A stretch of 64,000 bases of DNA, taken from a virus. The stretch is taken from positions 128,001 through 192,000 of IMG/VR virus record IMGVR_UViG_3300045988_176357, one strand, 5' to 3'. Numbering within the stretch: the first letter of the stretch is position 1; each line of letters starts with the position of its first letter. The notes beneath the pieces were generated by a model, which was given only the letters and a program-made list of their open reading frames with translations, made no database searches and was not told the DNA's origin. Below, piece after piece: positions 10,732 to 20,695 of this stretch. Position numbers and translations under genes: made by a program.

Positions 10732-12404
10732 TAACAACTCCCTTTAACCAGTGATGGTTATTGAACAAGAAAGTGAATTGCTAATAGATCCCAAGAGCCT
10801 CACGACGCCAATAAAATGGATCGAAAGAGAAAACAAAGAAGTGAGGATACCGCAAGGCGACAATAAGCCTAAACGGGAGTGACAACGGACGTTTAGCAGC
10901 CGAGCCATGCGTTCGACAGAACGCCAGCGCATGGAAGGTTCATCGACTAGGACATTGTGTCCGTACCCGAGCAGCCATGTGCGTGATAACGCACGAAAGC
11001 AAGGGGAAGTACTCTTGGTTGGGAACAACCAAATGAAATAGTCAGTGCTTCATGGAAACATGAAGAGCGGTTAGGAGTGACAACCTGAAACCTGCTACTG
11101 GGTGGCAACCGGTAGTGAACAGAACCATGGACTTCAATTGTACTTTAATTTCATCAAGAACATTTAACGTTTTGATCTTTACAGATACGGTGTATAATAC
11201 ACCTAAACTGAAGGTGTAAATTTCATGATCAGAACAAACGTCATAAGATTGTACCCGACAAGGGCACAGGAAGCGCAGCTGAATAACACAGCTGGCGCTT
11301 GTCGTTTCGCATGGAATAAAGCCCTCAGTTACTGGGATGAGCAATATGAAGCTCATCTTAAGGATAAATCCATTCCGTTACCGATTTCTTCCAAAGTAGC
11401 AAGCTGGTATAAAGACAACCGCGAAGAATGGGCGTCCGAAACATCTTCTGTCTGTCAGCGCCAGGAAATACTTCACCTTGGCAAAGCCTTCCACAGCTAC
11501 TTTAGACGTCCGGACCATTTCGCACATTCGAAGTTCCACAAGAAGGGAATTAAGGACTCATTCGAGGTTCCGAATGACAAGGCGAAAATCAAAGACGGCA
11601 GACTTTCATTGCCGAAGATAGGCGAAGTCAAAATGGCTGAGCCGCTTCGCTACCAAGGCAAGATATGCAGCTACACAGTAAAGAAGTCAGGCGGCAACTG
11701 GTATGTTCACATACCTGTGGAAACAGGTAAGGACGAGAGAGTTCGTTGCATCAATCCAGAGTCCGTCGTCGGTATCGACGTAGGACTTCTGAATCCGGCT
11801 GTAGCCAGCGACGGCACCAAGCTGGAGCTCCCAAAGGAAACCTTGGACAAGCTCGACGCCAAACTCAGGCGACAGCAAAAGGCACTCTCCCGTTCACAAA
11901 GGAACTCCAGAAACCATGCCAAGCTTCTTCTCAAGAAGCAGCGTACTCAAAATAAGATCAACAACATCCGAAAGGATGCAGTACACAAGTTCACGACCGC
12001 CATTGCCAAGAGCCACGGCAAGGTAGTCATTGAGGATCTGGATATAAAAGAGATGAAGGCCAAGGCCCCCGCACGTTCAGTGCGTCGCGCCTACAACAGC
12101 TCCCTCATGGGCGCCATTCGCTGGCAGCTCTCTTACAAAGTCCAGCACCTGATCAAGGTGAATCGTTTCTTCCCGTCTTCCAAGACCTGCAGCAACTGCG
12201 GGCACATAAAGGGCGACCTCACCGTAGGTGAACGTACATATCATTGCGACCACTGCGGAGCGGTCATCGACCGCGACCTCAACGCCGCAATCAACTTGAT
12301 GAAAGCAGGGCTGGTCAAGCCCGAAGTGTCTGTGGAGTAAGCTGGTACCAGCTTACGTTGAATCAGAAAGTACAGACGGACGCAATGTCCGTAAGTTCAT
12401 GACA
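10732..12404 (+). mobile_element. IStron B: group I intron + intact tnpB + 3' tail
   Basis: Same 5' ribozyme module (10732-~11160) and same 3' tail ...gtccgtaagttcatgaca as copies A and E. Confidence 0.8.
11225..12340 (+). CDS. tnpB: TnpB (IS605 OrfB family), intact 371 aa
   Basis: MIRTNVIRLYPTRAQEAQL...; central D-containing RuvC-I; C-term CSNCGH...YHCDHCGAVIDRDLNAAINL. Confidence 0.85.
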   Translation: MIRTNVIRLYPTRAQEAQLNNTAGACRFAWNKALSYWDEQYEAHLKDKSIPLPISSKVASWYKDNREEWASETSSVCQRQEILHLGKAFHSYFRRPDHFAHSKFHKKGIKDSFEVPNDKAKIKDGRLSLPKIGEVKMAEPLRYQGKICSYTVKKSGGNWYVHIPVETGKDERVRCINPESVVGIDVGLLNPAVASDGTKLELPKETLDKLDAKLRRQQKALSRSQRNSRNHAKLLLKKQRTQNKINNIRKDAVHKFTTAIAKSHGKVVIEDLDIKEMKAKAPARSVRRAYNSSLMGAIRWQLSYKVQHLIKVNRFFPSSKTCSNCGHIKGDLTVGERTYHCDHCGAVIDRDLNAAINLMKAGLVKPEVSVE

Positions 12405-12509
12405 GACATATATTGCGCCGATAATGAGCTGCCTGTTGCTGACAGCAAAAGAGCAAGATACGCTTTCGAAGCCAAGGATAATCTGCTGGAGGTATGTGGT
12501 GGCTTATAA
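12405..12509 (+). CDS. Putative 3' exon (34 codons) of the split LRR-like gene
   Basis: Reads in frame from the exon-1 GCT using the same junction rule that restores sbcC and the 50574 gene. Confidence 0.35.
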   Translation, partial: DIYCADNELPVADSKRARYAFEAKDNLLEVCGGL

Positions 12510-12616
12510 CAAGAACGTCGAGTATTTGTACTCCGTCGTATTTCCTTCGTTTAGTTCCAGCAAGGCGGTGCATGATGAGCTGGTGCACAGACACAGGAAA
12601 GAGACGGAAAAGGTGG

Positions 12617-13066
12617 GATATGTCCGAAGCAAGTTTGACTGAGTTCACGATGTTCGGCAATGAATACGAGGCTGTCGACAGCAACATATGCGATGGCTGC
12701 GTCTTTTTCAGTAAAGAGGGGCGTAGGTGTCACAGATACGAGATTGTACGGTCAGCTTCCGTTCACGGCGATCTTTCTTGTAGCAGCGTCGAAAGGACTG
12801 ACGGCAGGGATGTTATTTTCGTAAAGAAGAGCAGCAAACCCTATAAGACTGACTGCGGTTCAGTTACCAATGGCGACCTGCTCAGGCGTATGAACAACAG
12901 GGAGCTGGCAGATGTCATAGGGTTCTTTGCCCGCTGGATGCAGAGGGCCGACATAGGCGAGGACAACTACAGTGAATATATGCTGCGCTGGCTGAGCTCG
13001 TTGGGAACACCTGGAGATGCTGACGCAAAATCAAGGGGTTTTTATGAGAATCAAAAAGGTAACTGA
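12617..13066 (+). CDS. Hypothetical protein (Cys-rich)
   Basis: ORF only. Confidence 0.3.
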   Translation, partial: DMSEASLTEFTMFGNEYEAVDSNICDGCVFFSKEGRRCHRYEIVRSASVHGDLSCSSVERTDGRDVIFVKKSSKPYKTDCGSVTNGDLLRRMNNRELADVIGFFARWMQRADIGEDNYSEYMLRWLSSLGTPGDADAKSRGFYENQKGN

Positions 13067-13352
13067 CGACTATATAGAGTTCGACACAGGTGATACGTTG
13101 CGTTCGTATCACATGCCTGCATGCTGTGAAGACAACTACGCTGCATTTAAGGAGGTCGATGATCTTGCTCTTGAGGCCGACTTCGATCAGCCTCTGATGT
13201 TTGAGGCTGTATTTGGCGGGTTTCGTTTCGGCAACGAAGGCAAGATGTTCTTTGTTCCTTGCTATTCAGAGCAGAACGGATACTACACAAACGAGGTCGA
13301 TATCGAGCTCAATGGGAGTCGGGTGCTCAGCTGCGAAGGTACGCTTATCTGA
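13017..13352 (+). CDS. Hypothetical protein
   Basis: ORF only. Confidence 0.3.
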   Translation: MLTQNQGVFMRIKKVTDDYIEFDTGDTLRSYHMPACCEDNYAAFKEVDDLALEADFDQPLMFEAVFGGFRFGNEGKMFFVPCYSEQNGYYTNEVDIELNGSRVLSCEGTLI

Positions 13353-13467
13353 TGTCAGATGTGAAACATGTAAAAGTAAACAAGGACAGAAAGAGGGGAC
13401 TTAAGATGCCTAAGAAAGCGGCAGGCTTACATAGTCAACAATAAGGAGCACAAGAAAGGAGAACAAA

Positions 13468-13818
13468 ATGAAAATAACAGACCTCGACACAAAAAATGTA
13501 CAGGTAACACGTACAGAAAAACGGTACATATTGAACGATAAGGTCTTCCAGCTTGACTGCTGCCCTGACTGGGCTCAGTATGCAGCTGTGGATGAGGATG
13601 GACATGCTTACTGGTACGAGTATAAACCGAACCAATATTCTGCCAGTTGGAGAAATACGGCACCTCGTTTAGTGTCGCACATACATACTGACACACTTTT
13701 CGATGCCACCGACTGGTGGAATAGCCTTATCAGGCGCCCACAGAAGGTACTTGAGGTTACTATGGCAGACCTGGAGAAGAAGTTTGGATGTAAAGTGAAA
13801 ATTGTAAAGGATATTTGA
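13468..13818 (+). CDS. CPDWAQYAAVD-motif family protein
   Basis: MKITDLDTKNVQVTRTEKRYILNDKVFQLDCCPDWAQYAAVDEDGHAYWY...LEVTMADLEKKFGCKVKIVKDI. AGGAG RBS. Confidence 0.55.
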   Translation: MKITDLDTKNVQVTRTEKRYILNDKVFQLDCCPDWAQYAAVDEDGHAYWYEYKPNQYSASWRNTAPRLVSHIHTDTLFDATDWWNSLIRRPQKVLEVTMADLEKKFGCKVKIVKDI

Positions 13819-13819
13819 T

Positions 13820-14209
13820 ATGCTGACTGCAGATGATGTCTTGTGGCGTCTGGAACGTAACGCATATGAATGTGATGCAATCATACTGGACGGTCAGCTG
13901 GAGACTGTAAAGATCAGCTGCGAATCACGTGACTATATCTTATTAGACATCTCCATAGATGTTAAGCAGAAAACCCAGCGCCTTTTGGTTAGGCTGTATT
14001 ACAGTGAATTGTTCAAGCGTAAACTCTCACAGAAAGATATCAAAGACACTGTGTCAAACCTTGTATGCAGGTTGCTTGAATATCCGAATTCATATATTAC
14101 TGTAAGCAGTATAGACACTGATGGAGTGGTTATCACTGATGGTAACAACAGTAATATCTGGTTACCTTCTGGTGATTGGCAGCTGCTGCCTCCTGTGAAG
14201 GAAGCATAA
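13820..14209 (+). CDS. Hypothetical protein
   Basis: ORF coupled to upstream gene. Confidence 0.35.
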   Translation: MLTADDVLWRLERNAYECDAIILDGQLETVKISCESRDYILLDISIDVKQKTQRLLVRLYYSELFKRKLSQKDIKDTVSNLVCRLLEYPNSYITVSSIDTDGVVITDGNNSNIWLPSGDWQLLPPVKEA

Positions 14210-14314
14210 GCCGTGATCTTCTTGAACGGCAACAGTAAATTAACTTACAGTGATCTTTTCAAGCATGAATGCCTGTTGCAACTTGGACAAGATCAGAAAA
14301 ATAAACTCTTGACA

Positions 14315-14343
14315 AACGTCAATTTTGTGCTATATTACCTCAC
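14315..14343 (+). promoter_or_regulatory. Sigma70-like promoter: TTGACA, 16 nt, TGcTATATT (extended -10)
   Basis: cttgacaaacgtcaattttgtgctatattacc followed by aggagac RBS and ATG at 14360. The same tgtgctatattac + aggagaca block recurs at 18436. Confidence 0.55.
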
Positions 14344-14557
14344 ATAGAAAGGAGACGATATGGAAGATACAACCTACAGCGCTACAGTCAATACACCTGT
14401 GGAAGACATCAGCGATGTCAAAACGGTCAGTGCGGATCAGTTCGACGCAGGAGCATCAGTCAGTGTTAAGGCATCTTGTGCAGGAGATATCACTGTGGAT
14501 GACTTCAAGGCTACCAGAGAAACAGCAACAATTACAGTAAAGTAAGAAAGGAACAGT

Positions 14558-14935
14558 ATGCAGAAGAGAGACAGTAAAGGAAGATTCATGAAAGCTGATA
14601 AGGCATATGGCAGAGGCTGCAAGCGCAATCACGACACTTGTAAGTGCAACAAGCCCGCTGACAGTGTCAAGGACGAAGGTCCGCAGCTCCCTGTCGACTG
14701 CTCAAATATGAGTGATGACGAGCTTGAACAATTCATCAAATCGCTTGTAGCAGAACTCGCCAATGCAGTCTATATCCCAGGCAAAACCATGACCATCGAT
14801 GTTACCATCGAGGATAACGACGAAGCTGCTTGTACAGGTGACGATGCTGACGCAGATGACGACAAAGGTCACAGTGATAACTTCATGGATTCCTTCAGAG
14901 CCTTCTTGAAGGAGCGTGGAGTGGCACTTGATTAA
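14558..14935 (+). CDS. Hypothetical acidic protein
   Basis: ORF with RBS. Confidence 0.4.
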   Translation: MQKRDSKGRFMKADKAYGRGCKRNHDTCKCNKPADSVKDEGPQLPVDCSNMSDDELEQFIKSLVAELANAVYIPGKTMTIDVTIEDNDEAACTGDDADADDDKGHSDNFMDSFRAFLKERGVALD

Positions 14936-15470
14936 GGCGGCAGCTGCCGGTTTCCTGATAAGCATTGGTTGCAAAGTGGCCGTTATGGAAGGATCGTTCT
15001 TAGGGGCGATCCTTTTTTCTTTGGCCCTGTTGTGTATCATTCACTACAAGTTGCCTTTGTTTACAGGAAAGGTCGGTTACAGGACGCCTGTGACGATACT
15101 CGTGGTCGTACTTGTGTTCAACATGATTGGCGCATTCTCCGGCAGCCTGTTGTTCGATGCCCAGCTGTCTGCTGTAAATCTGTATCAGAGATGCAACGCG
15201 CCCTGGTACAAGGTATTGTGCAACGGTATAGGTTGCGGAGTGCTCATGTTCATCGCAGTGGATTACGGTAAGCGCAACCCGTTGATTGTTATCATGGCGA
15301 TCACCACGTTTATACTGTGCGGTTTTGAGCACTGTATTGCAGACATGTCTTACATAGCTACGAAAGTCGATACATATTGGGCATTCTTGTTGCTTGTTAT
15401 TGCAGGCAACGCAATAGGCGGCAAGCTTGCGTACTATTTAACAGGAGCACATAATGACAGAACGAGAATT
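14916..15470 (+). CDS. FNT-family (formate/nitrite transporter-like) membrane channel, compact 6-TM
   Basis: Six hydrophobic helices. ILCGFEHCIADMSY resembles the FNT signature GFEHS(I/V)ANMF. ORF reads through into the next gene frame to 15731, so the C-terminal end is uncertain. Confidence 0.4.
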
Positions 15471-15930
15471 GCGGCTCCGACTGAAGCGTCTCCTGGGTAC
15501 GGACAGGGGACTGCCGGTCGAGAAGCTCGCTGCAGAACTGACGACACACAAGGTGGACATTTTTCCGTACATGACATGGCTGTGGAAAACGCAGGGACAG
15601 AAGTTTCGAGTGCTGCTGACAAAGAAAGTGGCGGACTACGCAAAAGCAGCGGAAAAGGAAAAACAGAGCCTTCCGCAGCTGATCGTAAATGCTGGCACAA
15701 TTTTCTTGCATCTCTCAGAAGGCTCGCTTGAATCCGACAGGACAATTGAGATACTAGGCGACATGTGTGAACCTTATGCACTGTACTTCTTGTTTGCAGG
15801 CGTAGGATTGCCTTGCGACAAGTACCGTGCAGCTGCCAAGGAATACGCAGCCATGTTTCCGGATGCAGTACGTGCTCTGCCTGAACCATATAAGAAACTT
15901 GGAGAGGCACTGACACATGATACCACTTGA
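15454..15930 (+). CDS. Hypothetical protein
   Basis: ggagcacataATG start. Plausible globular sequence. Confidence 0.45.
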   Translation: MTERELRLRLKRLLGTDRGLPVEKLAAELTTHKVDIFPYMTWLWKTQGQKFRVLLTKKVADYAKAAEKEKQSLPQLIVNAGTIFLHLSEGSLESDRTIEILGDMCEPYALYFLFAGVGLPCDKYRAAAKEYAAMFPDAVRALPEPYKKLGEALTHDTT

Positions 15931-18415
15931 CAAGCATGACTTGACTATGCTGCATGTGCTAAGTTCCGAGAAACTGATGCTGAAGTCACTGAAGGCGGCT
16001 AAGGCAGGACAGGAACTGTTCCCTCCGAGACGTGTGCCTCATCTTGATCTGTTGTGGCGGCACTTCATACGTTTCGCCATACAGTCCAAGAAAGAAGGAC
16101 ACTGGCTGCAGTGGGACAGACAGGCATATGTAGCCGATTGTCTTGAAGAGCTGAAGCAGCGTGACGACATCAGCGACGAATGCAAGGCGCGATTCCAGGC
16201 AATATGCGTGCAGTATATCGGCGCTGAGCCGTTGGATGCAGCGGCAGGTGATAAGCTGCTGATGGATGCTGTAAACGAGGCAATCAGAACACAGATCAGC
16301 AGAGCTGTGTACAACTCCGAGGCCTTTGACGGTATCAGACAGCTGGTCAATAAAGGCGTCGAGCTGAAGGAATCTCTTGAGACAGCGGATGAGAAGCAGA
16401 AATTGTTTGTGAATCCGTTGCTTGACGTCGAGACTTACCTGCATGTACTGCCTAAGATGCCAACAGGTGTACGCTATTTCGACAGGGTGACTAACGGTGG
16501 TATGTCTGAAGGTGAGGTAGCGTTGATTGCTGGCTTGATGGGCGGTGGAAAGTGCCTTGGGAAAGACACACCCGTTCTCATGTACGACGGAACTGTAAAG
16601 AAAGTTCAGGATGTACGTGTAGGTGATCAGCTCATTGGTATGGACTCTACACCAAGGACAGTATTGTCTTTAGGTAGAGGCCGTAGTGAGATGTATAAAG
16701 TCACACCAGTAAAAGGTGACTCATTTACAGTTAACAGGTATCATATTTTGACGATGATATGCAGCGGTCCTGTGTTGTGGAAAGGAGTTAGATATAAACC
16801 AGGCGAGCTTATTGATATCTGTGTTGAAGATTTGTACGCGCAGTCCGACAGCTTTAAATCACTCCTTAAGGTGGTCAGAACAGGTGTGGACTTTAAATCC
16901 AAGTCTGCGCCTGAGTTAGACCCTTACTTTGTAGGTCTGTATTTGGGTGATGGCACAAAGGGAAAGGCACAGATCACAACTGCCGACACGGAAGTTGTTG
17001 GCTACTGTGTTAAGTATATGCAAGGTCTAGGGTTTAATTGCAACATACATAAAGATCCCAGACACAATTGCATTTATGTAAATATAAGTAAAGTCAGCAA
17101 CAAAACCGAAGGGGCGTTAACTATAATCCGTAGGAATACGTTTATAGATGGTGAGAAGCGAATTCTGGATGTGTATAAGACTGGAAGCAGAGAGGTTCGC
17201 ATGAAAATACTTGCGGGTCTAATTGACTCCGATGGATACACGCACCATGGTTTCCATGAGATAGTTACGAAGTATAGCAGTCTAGCAGATGATATATGTT
17301 TCGTAGCGAGATCATTAGGGTATGCAGCATATGTTAAAAAGTGTGAGAAAACATGCTATAATACAGGTGCTGCAGGCACGTACTATAAGGTCAGTATATC
17401 TGGAGATTTCTCAGACTTACCTGTTTTGTTACCTAGACATAAGTTGTCAAAACGTAAGCAAGTTAAATCTGTGCTGAGGACAGGGTATACTATAACCAAA
17501 TTACCCGAGGATGAGTATTATGGGTTTACCATAGATGGTGATCACAGATTTCTTCTGGGTGACTTTACAATTACACATAACACAGCAACAGCAATCCAAC
17601 TTGTCGGCAGTCAGTTGCTTGTAGGCAATCCAGTAGCATGGTTCACCTTTGAGCAGCCATTCGATCAGGACCTGATGCAGCGTATGGTATCCTTCATCAC
17701 AGGCTACAGCCTGGACATCATACGTGGCCGAGAGTTTAAGGATCTGCCAGAGGATATCCGAACAAAGTTCCTTGCACTCAGCAACCAGATGTCGGACAAG
17801 CTGATAGCAGCAGACTTCTCGAACAACAACATGCTTGACAAGAACGATCCTGAAGACGATGGCTCTGTGTACAGTCTGTGCAAGCGACTTGACATATGGG
17901 CGGACCAAGGTAAAGTGCCAAGTTACATCATGTTCGACTGGGTAGGCGCGGCAGTAAAGAGACTGGCTGCTGTACGCAGCATAGACATTGGGCAGATCAC
18001 CAATTACATCGCGCTTGCCAATGAGATCATCGATGGTCTTGTGCAGCTTGCCAAGCAGTACCATACGCGTGTGATCTTCTTTCATCAGCTGGACCCGGCG
18101 ATCAAGAAGTCGCCTCCGTCCAGAAAGCCCACAACTGTAGAGCTTCAAATGATGAAGACCATGTCGAACTACACGCAGTATGCAATGGCAATCGGCAAGC
18201 GCGACGAAAACCAGCGCTGTTGGTTCATCTGCGACAAGTGTCGTAACAGTTATCCATCGGAATGCGTGATCGAACTTGATGGCGCACATGCCAAGTTCAA
18301 TCTGCTGGAAGGCTATGCACCGGGTCGCAATGGTCAGTTCATCAACATCAACGAGCTGCAGGAAGAGCTCAGTGAGAACAGCGACACGGAAAACAGCTAC
18401 CAGCCTATAATCTGA
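15917..18415 (+). CDS. DnaB-family replicative helicase containing an intein
   Basis: YFDRVTNGGMSEGEVALIAGLMGGGK|C...HN|TATAIQ. The DnaB Walker A loop is interrupted. Downstream RecA-fold motifs VIFFHQLD. Confidence 0.8.
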   Translation: MIPLDKHDLTMLHVLSSEKLMLKSLKAAKAGQELFPPRRVPHLDLLWRHFIRFAIQSKKEGHWLQWDRQAYVADCLEELKQRDDISDECKARFQAICVQYIGAEPLDAAAGDKLLMDAVNEAIRTQISRAVYNSEAFDGIRQLVNKGVELKESLETADEKQKLFVNPLLDVETYLHVLPKMPTGVRYFDRVTNGGMSEGEVALIAGLMGGGKCLGKDTPVLMYDGTVKKVQDVRVGDQLIGMDSTPRTVLSLGRGRSEMYKVTPVKGDSFTVNRYHILTMICSGPVLWKGVRYKPGELIDICVEDLYAQSDSFKSLLKVVRTGVDFKSKSAPELDPYFVGLYLGDGTKGKAQITTADTEVVGYCVKYMQGLGFNCNIHKDPRHNCIYVNISKVSNKTEGALTIIRRNTFIDGEKRILDVYKTGSREVRMKILAGLIDSDGYTHHGFHEIVTKYSSLADDICFVARSLGYAAYVKKCEKTCYNTGAAGTYYKVSISGDFSDLPVLLPRHKLSKRKQVKSVLRTGYTITKLPEDEYYGFTIDGDHRFLLGDFTITHNTATAIQLVGSQLLVGNPVAWFTFEQPFDQDLMQRMVSFITGYSLDIIRGREFKDLPEDIRTKFLALSNQMSDKLIAADFSNNNMLDKNDPEDDGSVYSLCKRLDIWADQGKVPSYIMFDWVGAAVKRLAAVRSIDIGQITNYIALANEIIDGLVQLAKQYHTRVIFFHQLDPAIKKSPPSRKPTTVELQMMKTMSNYTQYAMAIGKRDENQRCWFICDKCRNSYPSECVIELDGAHAKFNLLEGYAPGRNGQFININELQEELSENSDTENSYQPII
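16553..17581 (+). other. Intein (343 aa) with LAGLIDADG homing-endonuclease domain inside DnaB P-loop
   Basis: Starts CLGKDTPVLMYDG (block A). LAGLIDSDGY motif. Ends ...FTITHN followed by Thr (+1). Confidence 0.8.
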
Positions 18416-18431
18416 CTTGCATTTTGTTGAA

Positions 18432-18448
18432 TCTGTGCTATATTACTA
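18432..18448 (+). promoter_or_regulatory. Promoter -10 region (tgtgctatattac) conserved with 14331
   Basis: Identical 13-mer + aggagaca RBS + ATG at 18469. Confidence 0.4.
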
Positions 18449-18468
18449 TCCCTAAAAAGGAGACAGAT

Positions 18469-18972
18469 ATGGACAGATTCAGCACGATATTGCAGACAGC
18501 CAAGGCAAACTACAGCACAACACATGGCGTTATTCTGAACCTGAGGAGCTCGAATAAACGCATACCGATCACGTTATGCGTATCCACAAGGCGCAACAGA
18601 AGCAAGATTGTACCTACAGACTGCATTGTCTGGAGTAAGGATCGCATACTGTATCAGGGAACGTTGAATGGCAAGCGACTCAGGAACCTTATAGAGAAGT
18701 CTGACTTGTGCTGCATAGAGGTGACAAATGCTGTGGACATGGATTATGGTCCTGGCAAGTATATATGTCTTAATGATAAGAATACCTGTCAGTGTACATC
18801 ATGTTTGTGCCACAAGCAGGAGGACATAAGCTCAGTTCAGTGTTCAGATGCTGTATCATACAGAACAAATGTACTGGATGAACTGTGGCGGCAAGGAATA
18901 AAAGAATCACGAAAAACACTAAAAGCAAAAAGAAAGGAAGCATTGCGTTATGCAACTGCTTTTTCTGGCTGA
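18469..18972 (+). CDS. Hypothetical Cys-rich protein
   Basis: ORF after the conserved promoter/RBS block. Confidence 0.4.
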   Translation: MDRFSTILQTAKANYSTTHGVILNLRSSNKRIPITLCVSTRRNRSKIVPTDCIVWSKDRILYQGTLNGKRLRNLIEKSDLCCIEVTNAVDMDYGPGKYICLNDKNTCQCTSCLCHKQEDISSVQCSDAVSYRTNVLDELWRQGIKESRKTLKAKRKEALRYATAFSG

Positions 18973-19266
18973 TGCCGGATCAACAATACACGCCTTTAAG
19001 AGCCCTGAAGCATGCGTTAATCATGTCTTCAGGGTTTTTGCTGATGCCGGTAAAGGGCCGCATATAGAGAAACAATTGTTCAGCAACTCAGACGGACTCC
19101 ACATGGTAACAGTGAAGTCGTTCGACAAGAAGAAGGTGACAGACTTCATCAAACAGATGCACCTGCACGCCTCATTCATTGTCGTACTGAGAAACAGAGA
19201 GCTGGATACAGAGGAACGGTACACCATCCGTAAGTCGTACTTAATGTGAACAAAATAAGGAGCACT

Positions 19267-20646
19267 ATGCAGAAAGACATTACAAGATCAACACAGACAA
19301 CATCTTACATAAGAACCAGCATTGTAGACAACGAAGCTGCCGGAACTGATTTCCAGCAGGTTTTCCCATATCAGAAGAAGCTGTTCGGCCGCATTCTGTG
19401 GCCCAGCAAGGACAGCATATTGCGTATTGTGCCAGGCAATGACGGTACGCATACATTCCCGCAGGTTATCAACGCAGACACCTGGACCACAGACGGTGAC
19501 CAGACAAATTACCTGTCTGACACCTTCTACATGACATATACCCTTAGTGGTTTCGGTGACAGCAAGTGCGATATCTGCAGCAACTTGAAACCCGGCAGCG
19601 ATGAAGCTGCCATGTACCCAGAATCTCCGCTAAATTACTTCTGCAACAAGATACATCGTACCATGAGGTATGTCTTGCAGGGCAAGGGCACCAAAGTCAG
19701 GTACAATGACAAGTGGCGCATGTGGACAGGGCTGCAAGGTACATTGCCGTTCCCGAGACCTACACTCATGTTCCAGGCTATCTGTGTACATCTGTGCGGA
19801 AGGGACTGTCTCAAAGAAGGGGAAGGAACCGATCCGGCACCTTTGTATGGTGTTATAGGCATCAACAACAAGACATCCATTGGCGAACTTGTCAAAGCGC
19901 TTGTCGCACCTATGGACAGACGTAGACCGATCGGGACAAACAACAATACATATGGTGCACTTGCTGAGGCGTCAGGGAATGTGCTGTATCTGAACAGTGT
20001 ACTGGATACGCAAGGTCATAAGTATCTTCAGCCCAGTATCCAGAGTTCGTCCGCACCGGCAAACAGCTGGGAACCTCAGCAGTACGACCTGACAGAGGAT
20101 CTGTGCAAGCAGCTGTGGGTTCCATGGGACAAGGTGCTGAAATATTACACAGTAAAGGAACAGCTCGAACTGATAGCATCTGAGTTTGGCGCCGATACTG
20201 TTAATTATGTGTTCTCTCTGTCCCCGCAATGGGAAGGGCTGCAGATTCCTGAGCGTATTGCCGCTGTAGGTATGGGGCAGTATGCAGAGAATGCTCAGAG
20301 AGCCCCTTCATACAGTGCTTTCGGACAGAACATGCAGAAACAGGCATTTGGCAGTACTCAAAGACAGGCAGCGCCAGCTTCAGTATCAAGCGCTGTTCCT
20401 GGCTTCGGCAGGGCTGCCCAGCCGTCTTTTGCACCGCCGAACACGACACCGTCAGCCGGTGCTTCAGCAAGTCCTGCTGTAAGCATGGACAGCATCAAAG
20501 CAGAGCTGGCAAAGATCAGAGCGGCCGCCAACACTGTACCTAGTGGTGCGGGAGCATTGGCAAGCGCTATGCTGAACGATCTCGAACTGCCGCCTGATGA
20601 TGACGTATACGAAGCTACAGGTGAGGAGAGCTTGGGAATCGAATAA
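19267..20646 (+). CDS. Hypothetical protein (460 aa) with Ala/Ser/Pro-rich C-terminal region
   Basis: aaggagcactATG start. No catalytic motifs recognised. Confidence 0.45.
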   Translation: MQKDITRSTQTTSYIRTSIVDNEAAGTDFQQVFPYQKKLFGRILWPSKDSILRIVPGNDGTHTFPQVINADTWTTDGDQTNYLSDTFYMTYTLSGFGDSKCDICSNLKPGSDEAAMYPESPLNYFCNKIHRTMRYVLQGKGTKVRYNDKWRMWTGLQGTLPFPRPTLMFQAICVHLCGRDCLKEGEGTDPAPLYGVIGINNKTSIGELVKALVAPMDRRRPIGTNNNTYGALAEASGNVLYLNSVLDTQGHKYLQPSIQSSSAPANSWEPQQYDLTEDLCKQLWVPWDKVLKYYTVKEQLELIASEFGADTVNYVFSLSPQWEGLQIPERIAAVGMGQYAENAQRAPSYSAFGQNMQKQAFGSTQRQAAPASVSSAVPGFGRAAQPSFAPPNTTPSAGASASPAVSMDSIKAELAKIRAAANTVPSGAGALASAMLNDLELPPDDDVYEATGEESLGIE

Positions 20647-20695
20647 CTAAAACATTCAGCCGGGTACTTATGTGCCCGGCATAAGGACAAACGAA

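Noticed and set aside
17501-18289. 262-aa minus-strand ORF
   Set aside because: Antisense shadow inside the DnaB/intein gene.
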